From Nitrospina sp. (GTDB taxonomy: Bacteria; Nitrospinota; Nitrospinia; Nitrospinales; VA-1): 64,000 nucleotides of DNA. How positions within the stretch are numbered: position 1 is the first letter of the stretch; every line of letters begins with the position of its first letter. Of this stretch, positions 43,562 to 52,695 are shown piece after piece. The stretch is from NCBI GenBank assembly GCA_018702695.1, contig JABIYR010000158.1, positions 2,541-66,540 on the forward strand, in the 5' to 3' direction. The notes under the pieces are model-generated. The model ran no database searches. It was given only the letters and a program-made list of their open reading frames with translations, and was not told the origin of the DNA. A program made the position numbers and the translations under genes.

Positions 43562-44650
43562 CTAATTATCGACTTTCCATGAGTTCATATAGGTTTTTCG
43601 GTAAAGATTGAGAGGATCAAATAGATTGTTTTTATTGACCTCTTTGAGAATGTTTTCTTCGGTGATAATAATTGTCGGGGAAACATAATTGCTGGGTGGT
43701 TTGTCGTTGAACAGACGGTTCAGTTCATCAATCAGTTGCCAGCCTTGCAATAAAAGCGGTTCTGGAATCGTTGCATATTGCAAGCCGCCATATTTTATCC
43801 TTAAGTAAGCTGAATAACTGCCATCTCCTGCCGATATATTTTTAATCAGCATGGGGAAGTCCTTCTCATAAGTCGCAAATACGGGCGCGGCAAAATCGAA
43901 GTAACGGTCATTGATTGCCAAACTATGTGTCCATTGCGAACCATATTTATCTAACAATTGCTTGATTCTTTTTTGAGCGATTGAAGTCTCTTCCGATAGG
44001 TCTAAATCAATGATTTCTAGTGTCTCACAATGCGAACATTGTCTGATGGCCTTTTCCATGAAGGCAGATTTTTTTAACGCAATCTCATAATGTGAGTCGG
44101 TAAAGATGATCACTCCAGCGGCTTTAGCCGAGTCGCCTTTGACTTCATCTACGGAATATTGTGCAACTTGATCGGGATCAGTGGTGATGTTTGTGAGTAC
44201 CGGGGAGTCCTTTAAAGGCCCTGAGGTTCCACCTGAATGCCAACCGACAATTTTCACGTTTTTATCTGCTAATGCTTGTAGCTCTACTGCGAACTTGCTG
44301 GAGTTGAAACCTCCGATAATGATGCCATCTAAATTTTGATTGATAGCGTTCTTTAAAATAATTGCAATTTTTGAATTGTCGCCTCCGGCATCGCTGACTA
44401 TTAATTGCCAACGGATTTCTTTGGCCGCCTCCTCCAACCCTTCGGCTACACCAAGAATTCCTCCATTGGTCAAATCTGTGGCCACATATAATATTGTTTT
44501 TGTCGTTACGGCTTTAGGTCCAACAGGAGGCAGGGGCCAAGCTTGGCTGGAGTTTTTATAGTCATTAAGCGGAGACTCTTGCGCTTGCACCGGCACGAAG
44601 GCAATAAATATAGCTCCGATTAGGAACATTAAATAACTAGTGGCTCTCAT
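43562..44650 (-). CDS. periplasmic-binding-protein fold (sugar-binding/LacI-type) sensor partner
   Basis: 362 aa with a signal peptide. Alternating beta-alpha pattern (ILYVATDLTNGGILGVAEGLEEAA...DGIIIGGFN...VKIVGWHSG) is typical of Peripla_BP_4. Its stop is 1 nt from the kinase start. Confidence 0.7.
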   Translation of the reverse strand: MRATSYLMFLIGAIFIAFVPVQAQESPLNDYKNSSQAWPLPPVGPKAVTTKTILYVATDLTNGGILGVAEGLEEAAKEIRWQLIVSDAGGDNSKIAIILKNAINQNLDGIIIGGFNSSKFAVELQALADKNVKIVGWHSGGTSGPLKDSPVLTNITTDPDQVAQYSVDEVKGDSAKAAGVIIFTDSHYEIALKKSAFMEKAIRQCSHCETLEIIDLDLSEETSIAQKRIKQLLDKYGSQWTHSLAINDRYFDFAAPVFATYEKDFPMLIKNISAGDGSYSAYLRIKYGGLQYATIPEPLLLQGWQLIDELNRLFNDKPPSNYVSPTIIITEENILKEVNKNNLFDPLNLYRKTYMNSWKVDN

Positions 44651-44893
44651 GTTTATGCTATTTGAGTTGTCTGAGTATTGAGCCTGTCATCTTATCGGTT
44701 TAGTGATTCAGAGTACAAACAAAAATGATATGCGAATCAGACTCTCTATCGACTTAAGTGAGGTGAGGAGTGCTAAATATAATGAAGGCATTGGGCTATG
44801 TTGGGTAATAGTTGCATACCCCATTGCAATAAAACCGATGGCGGGTTTGGGAGGAAGGCTGAAGTCTAGCGAAAGTTTTCTGAATTGAGATGG

Positions 44894-45262
44894 CTACGGC
44901 TCTTTGTTGTTATTCCCTTTGATCATGGCATATTTATAACCACATTCTTTTTGGTTGGATATTGTGACCATGTCATCGTGACGGTTTTTCAAGGCTTCGG
45001 TTTCGGCTAAATCAGCGACATGAGAGTCCGAAACGGTCAAAATGGCATTTATTATTGTCAGAGGGGGGAAAGCGAACCCCGCCGCTGTGAGAACCAAATC
45101 TCGCAGGTTCTTTAAGTTGTGGTTGACCTTATGCAAGACACCAATTTTTGTTTGCGCTTCCTGCATCTGTTTTTCAAGGGTTAGGCAAGAGGCCTGTGGA
45201 TCTTCAGACTTGGCAAGATAAACCTTGCCTGCGGCACAACCCGTAAACAAAAAACCACACAA
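44894..45262 (-). CDS. putative lipoprotein, apparently frameshifted at its 5' end (see finding)
   Basis: The tracked ORF starts at TTG with MCGFLFTGCAAG, which has a lipobox but no h-region. A well-placed ATG with RBS sits at 45288 in another frame. Confidence 0.5.
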   Translation of the reverse strand: MCGFLFTGCAAGKVYLAKSEDPQASCLTLEKQMQEAQTKIGVLHKVNHNLKNLRDLVLTAAGFAFPPLTIINAILTVSDSHVADLAETEALKNRHDDMVTISNQKECGYKYAMIKGNNNKEP

Positions 45263-45515
45263 ATAAGCAAACGGTACCCGCTATTCATTACTACTCCCTA
45301 CAAACTAAAGTTGATAGATATATTTTTAAGGAAACTGGCTTGAGACGTTAAGACTCAAATTCAAGGATGAGATTTAGGGACCAAAAAAGCGAACAGAAGT
45401 GGAAATAGCGTAGAAGGGGTCTTTAAATGATTAATCCTATTATCAAATATAACGCATTTTTACTACTTTAGATACCAAAAACCGAGGGAACCAATGTTTG
45501 CTGAATAAACGGAAG

Positions 45516-46424
45516 CTATAAAATAATTTTGCGAGCTACTGTGAGGAGGTGTTGTAGGGAATTTTCAACCGAAACCGCTTCTGTCTGACGGGCTTTTACC
45601 GCTGAAATGAGATCGTTATGCTCACTGCCATCGTAACCCGTCACCGCAGTGCCCGTGAGCAAATTAAAATGATCGTCTGACGAACCGATAGAGGCTAAGC
45701 CCAAGTCCTCTGCATAGTTCTCTTGATACCCGTGTCCTGATGATAGGTCTTCAATGCCATCGACCAGACCGAGAAGGTTTTCCTTCACCCAACTGATGCT
45801 GGCACCAAATGGATGAGTTCTCTTTTTTTCTGGGTGTGCAACGATTGATATTCCACCAAAAGGTGCAATTCGTGGAATCACATCAAGCATGGAAACAAAA
45901 CGATAATCAAAATCAGAAAATTGCAATGCGAGATCGCCAGATTTTTCCACCGATAAATAATCCGGGTCGAGAATGATAACTAGGTGCCCCTCTGTCGTGC
46001 TTATTTCAAAAGCGGGGTAAGCCTTAACCGGCTTATAGGTTTCATCCCATTCATGAAGGCATCGAGCTTGTTCTTTGGCTGAGGTAACAATATTGTCAAT
46101 TAAAAATTTCCCAGGAATCAAATGGTCGGTGATGACAACATAATCCAACCCCAAGCGCGAAGCCCTTTTTAATATGCTGGAGACAGAGTGCGAGCCATCA
46201 GAAAAAGTAGAATGGCAATGCGTCTCGCCCAATACTCGATTAGGTTGTTGCTCCTTGAGGAGAGCGATATTTTTACGAATCCGTGAATCGAGAAAATATC
46301 GAGCCGTTAAATCAGCAAAAGGTTTGGCCATTTTACGTTTATTTCTGGACCAACGACCGAAATCATTGGGAAGTAAATAACGCTGTTCCTCACGAATAAA
46401 TTTATGGGTTGTGATGCGATTCAT
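45516..46424 (-). CDS. PHP-domain metal-dependent phosphoesterase
   Basis: 302 aa. PHP motif I is GETHCHSTFSDGSH, followed by VVITDH, VAHP and SSDDH metal-ligand blocks. Confidence 0.8.
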   Translation of the reverse strand: MNRITTHKFIREEQRYLLPNDFGRWSRNKRKMAKPFADLTARYFLDSRIRKNIALLKEQQPNRVLGETHCHSTFSDGSHSVSSILKRASRLGLDYVVITDHLIPGKFLIDNIVTSAKEQARCLHEWDETYKPVKAYPAFEISTTEGHLVIILDPDYLSVEKSGDLALQFSDFDYRFVSMLDVIPRIAPFGGISIVAHPEKKRTHPFGASISWVKENLLGLVDGIEDLSSGHGYQENYAEDLGLASIGSSDDHFNLLTGTAVTGYDGSEHNDLISAVKARQTEAVSVENSLQHLLTVARKIIL

Positions 46425-46566
46425 GGTGATTCTGTTTTATTGAAAGATGCTTGGTTACTTGTCTGTACGGTTTTTTATAGGAATTACTGAATTCAAATCT
46501 GTGGTTTGATTTCATTCAGTTTAACCTAATATTTCTTGGCAGGTATGATTTTTGTTAATTGAATAT

Positions 46567-47361
46567 CTATAAGTGCTCCCCACATTTCGGACAAGTTGGT
46601 TTGTGGTTAGAATCGTTGCTCTTGATTTCTTCGATTAGACCCGAGGCTAAGATTCCTGCGGGAAGGGCAAATACTCCCAGCCCTAGAAGCGCAACCAAAG
46701 CCGCAAATACCATTCCCAGCATAGTTGAGGGGTTTGGCCCAACGCCTAACCTTGTAGTCGCCCCTACTGTCCACCACATCGCCGCAGGTATGCTGGTAAA
46801 TGTATTGGGTTGGGATTTGTTTTCTACAAAGTAGATAATGCTGGATGCGAAAACTAAAAGGATGATGGCTACGGTAAAAGTTATTATTAGGTCTTCTTTC
46901 TTTTTAACAAGTACTCTCCAGAGGAGTTGCATGGATTGAGAGTATTTGGCAAGTTTTAGAAGCCTGAATATTCTAGTTAAACGAAGAATTCTAAGAAACC
47001 GTAAATCATATGGAATTAGCAACGGTAAATAGAAAGGGAGTATTGCCAAAAGGTCAATTAAAGCCATTGGACTGAATAGGAATTTTATTCTTCCTTTGCC
47101 CCCGGTATTTTGGGAGTGCTGATCAATTACCCAGACTCTTAATCCGTACTCAACTGTGAATATTAAGACTGAAAACTCTTCAAAAGTTTTAAAATATTGG
47201 CTGTAGTTGCTTGTTAGGTTGGGTACTGTTTCCAAAATAACTGTAAGCACATTGAGAAATATCAAAGCCATTAACCCAATGTTCACCCCTCGACTCATTG
47301 CATCTGCTGAGTGACCCGGGTCTAAAATTTGGGATATTCTTTTTTTGATGTGGTTATTCAT
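46567..47361 (-). CDS. six-TM voltage-sensor ion channel (Ion_trans family) with non-canonical pore filter and C-terminal CPxC
   Basis: 264 aa. S4 reads RFLRILRLTRIFRLLKLAKY, with a basic residue every third position. Pore region is AAMWWTVGATTRLGVGPNP where Kv-type channels have TTVGYGD. C-terminus is CPKCGEHL. Confidence 0.8.
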   Translation of the reverse strand: MNNHIKKRISQILDPGHSADAMSRGVNIGLMALIFLNVLTVILETVPNLTSNYSQYFKTFEEFSVLIFTVEYGLRVWVIDQHSQNTGGKGRIKFLFSPMALIDLLAILPFYLPLLIPYDLRFLRILRLTRIFRLLKLAKYSQSMQLLWRVLVKKKEDLIITFTVAIILLVFASSIIYFVENKSQPNTFTSIPAAMWWTVGATTRLGVGPNPSTMLGMVFAALVALLGLGVFALPAGILASGLIEEIKSNDSNHKPTCPKCGEHL

Positions 47362-47389
47362 AGAATGCTTTTATATGTAGCTAGGATAG

Positions 47390-49003
47390 CTAATCCTCTT
47401 TCATTAGATTTTTAGCTTCTTTGATATCAATTTTTGCGGTGTGTCCATGTTTTTCAAGTAGGTGCAATAGGTTAGACCCATTGAGTAAAGTTATAGGCTT
47501 CCCATTCGCAAAACTATACGAATCTGCACCATAATCAGCGGTTGTTACAAGAATACCTTTGGTTGCACCTTCATTCATGATTGTGCCATATAGGTCGCGT
47601 ACTGCTGAGACTCCAACTGTATTGGTATAGCGTTTAGCCTGTATAACAATCTTGCCACCGCGGATTGGATCCGGATCAAAAGCGATAGCATCTACACCTC
47701 CATCAGATGATGCTTGAGTGACTTTTACTTCACCACCGTTTTGAGCAAATTCTTTTTCAAATATCTCTCGAACAAGATGCTCGAAATCTTCCCAATCCAT
47801 TGCGGCGAGGTTGGTGCTTTCATTCATGCCGTCAGCAACTTCATAATGGTCTGTGAAGCGTTTGTCTGATTTATCTAATTCCAGAATGGGTCGAACTGTG
47901 GTAATGGTACTTAACTTTGCGCTACCGACACCTTTTAGGGCTTTAAAACAAAGTTTAGGATCAATGTTAGCGAGGTTTATTTTAATGAATTCGGTTTTAG
48001 AGGCTTGAATCGATAGAATACACTTCGTTTCCTTATGCCCTGTTGCTGGATTTAATGCGGTGATAATGCCATTAAAGGTAATAGCAGCAATAACATCAAC
48101 AACATCAGCTTCGAATAACTCGTGAAGTGTTCTCAATGTTATTTGATAAATCGTAGAGTCAAATAATTTGCTTTGGTCTGATTGACTTAAAAATTTTTCA
48201 TCAAAGCTGTCTTTGCTTTTAATGTATTTGACCATTGTTCGAGCTGGTATGTTGTCCGGGCTGGGTAATTGGAAATCAACAAGAATCATTCCATTTGATT
48301 CATTATGCTGAACTTCAAAGTCTTTTGGGAAGCTATCTGGATATTCTGAATTATTGAGAACCATCTCACAGTACTCAACGATTGCTTCGGGGTCTTTCTT
48401 TTGATAGCGAGTCTTAAGTTCATCAACTTTTTGATTAAATGCGGTCCGTTTCTGTTCTGAAATAGTATGCTTGTTTAGCGTTTCCTCATTTTCCTTCTCG
48501 ATTTTGCCCTTAGATTTTTGCCACTTTTTCAATGCTTGCGAATATTCGAGTTCCTGTTGTTGGTTATGCTTTTTAGTGCCACCAAAGAGGGCTTTAAAAA
48601 ATGGGACTTTTGTCATGTATTCACTACGTTGTGGTTCTTTAGGTTTGCTTGCTAGCTTGGGAGAATTCGGTTTTTGAACTTTTAGTTTTTCCCAATCAAC
48701 AGCATCATTGATATCTAAGGTATGTGAAAGCAGGCCTTCTATTGCCTCAAGCGCAATTCTTGATTTAGTGGTCATCTCCTGAGCTTGTTCTTCTTTGTCT
48801 TTCTTTTCTTGAATTTCGACCTGCCGTGCCCACTTCTTTTCCCAAGCGTTAACTTGATTTTGAATTTTGCCGTGTAGCACTGAGGGGTCGCTTGCTGATA
48901 AGTGTCGTGTTAAATCTAAGCCTTTGTGGTACATTTCGGTCATGTAGCCGGAGTGATTTCCTTTGCTAGTATACTTGTCTTCGATCTCGCCTATTTCTAT
49001 CAC
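47390..49003 (-). CDS. Mrr-cat (restriction endonuclease, PD-(D/E)xK) domain protein with ~400-aa unknown N-terminal region
   Basis: 537 aa. The C-terminal ~130 aa (DWEDFEHLVREIF...SSDGGVDAIAF...IVIQAKRY...VRDLYGT...GILVTTADYG) matches the Mrr_cat pattern. The N-terminal part is Lys/Glu-rich coiled coil plus a globular domain. Confidence 0.8.
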   Translation of the reverse strand: MIEIGEIEDKYTSKGNHSGYMTEMYHKGLDLTRHLSASDPSVLHGKIQNQVNAWEKKWARQVEIQEKKDKEEQAQEMTTKSRIALEAIEGLLSHTLDINDAVDWEKLKVQKPNSPKLASKPKEPQRSEYMTKVPFFKALFGGTKKHNQQQELEYSQALKKWQKSKGKIEKENEETLNKHTISEQKRTAFNQKVDELKTRYQKKDPEAIVEYCEMVLNNSEYPDSFPKDFEVQHNESNGMILVDFQLPSPDNIPARTMVKYIKSKDSFDEKFLSQSDQSKLFDSTIYQITLRTLHELFEADVVDVIAAITFNGIITALNPATGHKETKCILSIQASKTEFIKINLANIDPKLCFKALKGVGSAKLSTITTVRPILELDKSDKRFTDHYEVADGMNESTNLAAMDWEDFEHLVREIFEKEFAQNGGEVKVTQASSDGGVDAIAFDPDPIRGGKIVIQAKRYTNTVGVSAVRDLYGTIMNEGATKGILVTTADYGADSYSFANGKPITLLNGSNLLHLLEKHGHTAKIDIKEAKNLMKED

Positions 49004-49069
49004 TTGAATCTCCTAAGGTGTTTGCTCGCTTTATAACGTTCTGACCTATTGCGACCGGCGGCTCGCCGG

Positions 49070-50599
49070 TCAGAACCAACTTTCTCGGTCTAAAGAGCGA
49101 TATTGGATTGCTTCTGCCACATGTTCTGACTGCACCGATTCGCATTCGGCCAGATCGGCGATGGTGCGGGCGACTTTTAGGATGCGGTCATGCGCTCTTG
49201 CGCTGAGGCCGAGTTTGTCGATGGCGAGTGCCATGATTTTTTTGGAGGCTTCATCGAGCTGGCAAAAGGTTTTCAGTTGGTGGGGATTCATATTAGCGTT
49301 GAAATTGTTTTCATCTTCTTTGTGAAAGCGTTTTAGTTGAATCGTTCGGGCCTGTTCGACTCGGTTGGCGATAGATTGGGAGCGTTCTCCGCCGGATTCA
49401 GACGATAGGTCTTTGTATTCCAGTGCTGGCACTTCGATATGTAAATCGATGCGGTCGAGCAGGGGGCCGGATATTTTCCCGACATATTTTTTGATGGTCA
49501 TTGGCGTGCATCCGCATTCGCGTTTAGGGTCGAACCGGTAACCACAGGGGCAGGGGTTCATCGCCGCGACTAGCATCAGGTTTGCCGGATAGGTGATGGA
49601 ACCCGCGGCGCGTGAGATGGAGACGGCACCGTCTTCTAGAGGTTGACGCAATACTTCCAATACATTTCTTTTGAATTCGGGCAATTCATCGAGAAATAGA
49701 ACGCCGTTATGCGCCATCGACACTTCTCCCGGCATGGGCACGCGCCCGCCGCCGATCAGCCCAGCATCGGAGATGGTGTGATGCGGGGAACGAAAGGGGC
49801 GTGAACTCAATAACCCTTTTTTCAGTTGACCGAGCACGCTGTGAATTTTGGTGGTGGTGATAGCCTCCCCCTGAGTCATGGAGGGTAAAATAGTCGGGAT
49901 GCGTTTCGCTAGCATCGACTTACCGCTACCCGGTGGGCCGATAAGTAGGATATTGTGCCCGCCAGAGGCGGCGATCTCTCAGGCGCGTTTGACATGGTGC
50001 TGGCCTTTGACATCGGTGAAATCTAATTCATGTTTGTTGGCAGAGGCATCTTGGCTTTTGGGTTTGGGGCTGACAGGTTGCAGTGCCAGATTACCGCATA
50101 AAAACTCAAGCGCCTGAGGCAAGGTGTCTATGGGATAAACGGGAATGCCTTCGATGATAGCAACCTCGGCGGCATTTTCACTGGGCAGAAGCACTCCCTC
50201 CATGCCATTTTCATGGGCCATAGCGGTGATAGACAATGCGCCACGAATGGGTTTGACTCGACCATCGAGAGAGAGTTCACCGAGAATCACCATTTTCTTC
50301 AGGCGATCATTGTCGATCATGCCACTGGCGCAAAGTATACCTATTGCGATGGGCAGGTCGAAAGCAGAGCCTTCTTTGCGAATATCGGCAGGTGCTAAGT
50401 TGATAGTGATTTTTCTTACTGGCAGGGCCAGTTGTGTGTTGCGGATGGCGGCACTGACACGATCACTGCTTTCTTTAACGGCGGCATCGGGCAGACCCAC
50501 GATAGACATGCCGGGTAGCCCTTGTGCTAGGTTGACTTCGACTTCAACGGGGTAACCGTTTATGCCTAAAACCGCTCCACTATGAACGAGTGCGACCAA
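49070..50599 (-). pseudogene. comM: comM/yifB Mg-chelatase-like AAA+ ATPase interrupted by one in-frame TGA
   Basis: The two tracked ORFs (49979..50599 and 49070..49915) are in the same frame. My translation across the junction reads ...[38 protein letters not shown], with the stop codon at 49979-49981 where homologues have Leu. Confidence 0.8.
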
Positions 50600-50727
50600 A
50601 GTTTCTCCAATCTAAATCTGTTTGAATATCCGCTGAGGCTGGTTTCTATTTTGGCAATCCGATTCTCGCCTCAACCTACACGAGTCAATCTTAGGGGTCA
50701 AGTTCGCAAGTCAGGCTGTTCTTTTCA

Positions 50728-52581
50728 TCACGGTTGCTCAACTTGCTGTAAAAGGGAGGTTAAGACCTGAGCTTGTTGCGCGGTGGGGTTCAGCTTGAGC
50801 GCCGCTTTGAGGTGAATGCTGGCTTGTTGTGTGTTGTCTTTCAACTCCAATAGCAGTTTTGCCAGGTTGAAGCGTGCTTCCAGCGACTTGGGATTCTGTT
50901 TGACTGCTTTCTCAAACTGGATGAGTGCGGGTTCAAATTGCTGTGACTGAATCAGTTGGATACCCGCCTGATTGTGGGCGCGGGCTTTATCTGCATAAAA
51001 TTGCTGGGCTGGGCTATTACCTTGGATTCTATACAGCGCATCGGCTCGATCAAACTGCTGGCTGGCCTGAATAAATTTTCTCAGGTTGCCATAGAGGCTG
51101 GCAAGGTTGAAATGCGAATCTGGATCTGTGGGTTTAATGCGTATGGCTTCTTTAAAATTTTTCTCGGCCTCGGTGTATTGTCCCAGACTTTTGTGGGCGA
51201 TGCCTAAATTCTGGTGAACGTCATAAAGGTTAGGGTTGATCTTTAATAATGCCTGTAAGGGGGGGATGGCGTTGGCATAATCTTCTGCCATCAGATAGTG
51301 GATGCTCAGGGTTTTCCCGACACTCAATTTATAGGGAGATTTTTTGAAGGTGTCGGCCCAGAGTGTCGAAGGGGATGCGTAAACCTGGTTTCTCTTAACC
51401 ACCAGCGCTGAGAATGTTGTGCAGATAAGAATTAGAACTAAAGCTCCCCATAAAGGACGGTGTTTTTCTTGTTTATCTTTGAACCCTACCAGATAGAGAA
51501 CGACCGCAAAGAACAGGCATAATCCAAATGAGGGAATATACATATTACGCTCACTAAATAAATGGGTGCGAGGCATGAAAGAATTGGTCGGTGCGATGGT
51601 CAAAGGAAACCACAGGATACAGAATGTCAAAATAGAACTTTTGATGTAGAATTTTTTGCAAGCCAGAAAAACACAGGTCAGCACGATGGCGATGGAAGCC
51701 AGAAGAGAACCCCATGACACCTGTGTGAGGAAATCGTATTCAAAATTCAGGTTGATGGGGAACAGAAAAAGTTTGAGAGGGTGCTTGAGCAGGTCGAGCT
51801 GGACCAGCCCTAATGTGAAATTGATTTTTTGAAATAGACTTTCAATTGCCGTAAAAACGTTTGGCGAAAGAAAAAAAGCGGCTCCGGCCAGAGCAGGAAA
51901 AGTGAGATAAATTTTGAGTCGTGAACGAAACGGTGACCACTGTTGTCCCTGCATAAAACATAGATCATAAATGAAAATCATGACTGGCAAGGTGATGGCT
52001 ATTTCTTTACTCAGGACGGCGAGGAAAAAACTTATCAGCGAACAGAGGTAGATAATAAAACTAAGAAATTTCCCGGTAAAATCTTTCAAGCTGGCGAGAA
52101 TAAAAAGCAATAAAGACAAAAAATAAAAGAATCCGGCCAAGCCACCGGGCCTTCCTGAAATATAGGTGACGGTTTCGGTTTGAATAGGGTGAAGGCCAAA
52201 CAGCAGGGTTGTGGTCAAGGCAATGTTCAGCGCCGCGTCTTCCCCCCATGATGTGCCTTTTGCAAGGGTCAGCCGAGTGATGAAAAAAACCAGAAACGTC
52301 GAGCCGATATGAATGATGATATTGAATAAATGGTAGCCGAAAGGGTTTTCTTGCCCCCAATGGTAGTTCAGGGCAAAGCTCAAAAGGTTGATATGACGAT
52401 AGGCAAGATGGGACAGGTTGGTGTAATGGCTTAAATTATCTATATAATAGGTGCCATAAATATGTCTTTCGTCGTCGCTCTGAAAAGGCGTGTTTAACCC
52501 GTTGGCATAGATGAGGAAAATGATTCCGGCAAGGCAAACAAAAATGCTGAGAATATTTAACCGACTGAAGTGAGGTTTCAC
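50728..52581 (-). CDS. TMTC-like membrane protein: polytopic GT-C-like N-terminal domain plus C-terminal TPR repeats
   Basis: 617 aa with about 11 TM helices over ~400 aa and the early loop motif FQSDDERHI. About 5 TPR repeats follow (YANAIPPLQALLKINPN..., AEKNFKEAIRIKP...). Confidence 0.7.
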   Translation of the reverse strand: MKPHFSRLNILSIFVCLAGIIFLIYANGLNTPFQSDDERHIYGTYYIDNLSHYTNLSHLAYRHINLLSFALNYHWGQENPFGYHLFNIIIHIGSTFLVFFITRLTLAKGTSWGEDAALNIALTTTLLFGLHPIQTETVTYISGRPGGLAGFFYFLSLLLFILASLKDFTGKFLSFIIYLCSLISFFLAVLSKEIAITLPVMIFIYDLCFMQGQQWSPFRSRLKIYLTFPALAGAAFFLSPNVFTAIESLFQKINFTLGLVQLDLLKHPLKLFLFPINLNFEYDFLTQVSWGSLLASIAIVLTCVFLACKKFYIKSSILTFCILWFPLTIAPTNSFMPRTHLFSERNMYIPSFGLCLFFAVVLYLVGFKDKQEKHRPLWGALVLILICTTFSALVVKRNQVYASPSTLWADTFKKSPYKLSVGKTLSIHYLMAEDYANAIPPLQALLKINPNLYDVHQNLGIAHKSLGQYTEAEKNFKEAIRIKPTDPDSHFNLASLYGNLRKFIQASQQFDRADALYRIQGNSPAQQFYADKARAHNQAGIQLIQSQQFEPALIQFEKAVKQNPKSLEARFNLAKLLLELKDNTQQASIHLKAALKLNPTAQQAQVLTSLLQQVEQP

Positions 52582-52695
52582 AGGTTTTCTCGGTTTAAAA
52601 TAATGCTTGGAGTGACAAGCTCGGGCAAATAAAACGGCTTGTTATTTGGATTGCAGGCTTGATTTGTATACGAAATCAAGTCAAACTCATGGGGC

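Noticed and set aside
44760-44776. GAGTGCTAA, a perfect CIRCE right half-site
   Set aside because: The required inverted partner TTAGCACTC is absent 9 nt upstream (the sequence there is TTAAGTGAG), and the site is not upstream of a chaperone gene. I also saw no CIRCE in the 130 nt upstream of hrcA (32214-32343).
49053-49071. Perfect 8-bp GC hairpin (GACCGGCG-gct-CGCCGGTC) overlapping the comM stop, considered as a terminator or att site
   Set aside because: It has no U tract on either strand and a 3-nt loop, and I found no second copy elsewhere in the window. It is noted only as a possible RNA-stability or boundary element.
49979-49981. In-frame TGA in comM as selenocysteine or an alternative genetic code (TGA = Trp/Gly)
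   Set aside because: Other genes in the window terminate at TGA at the expected length (for example ligA at 11501-11503). The codon aligns with a conserved Leu, not Cys/Trp/Gly, and no SECIS-like context is evident. A nonsense mutation or sequencing error is the simpler explanation.
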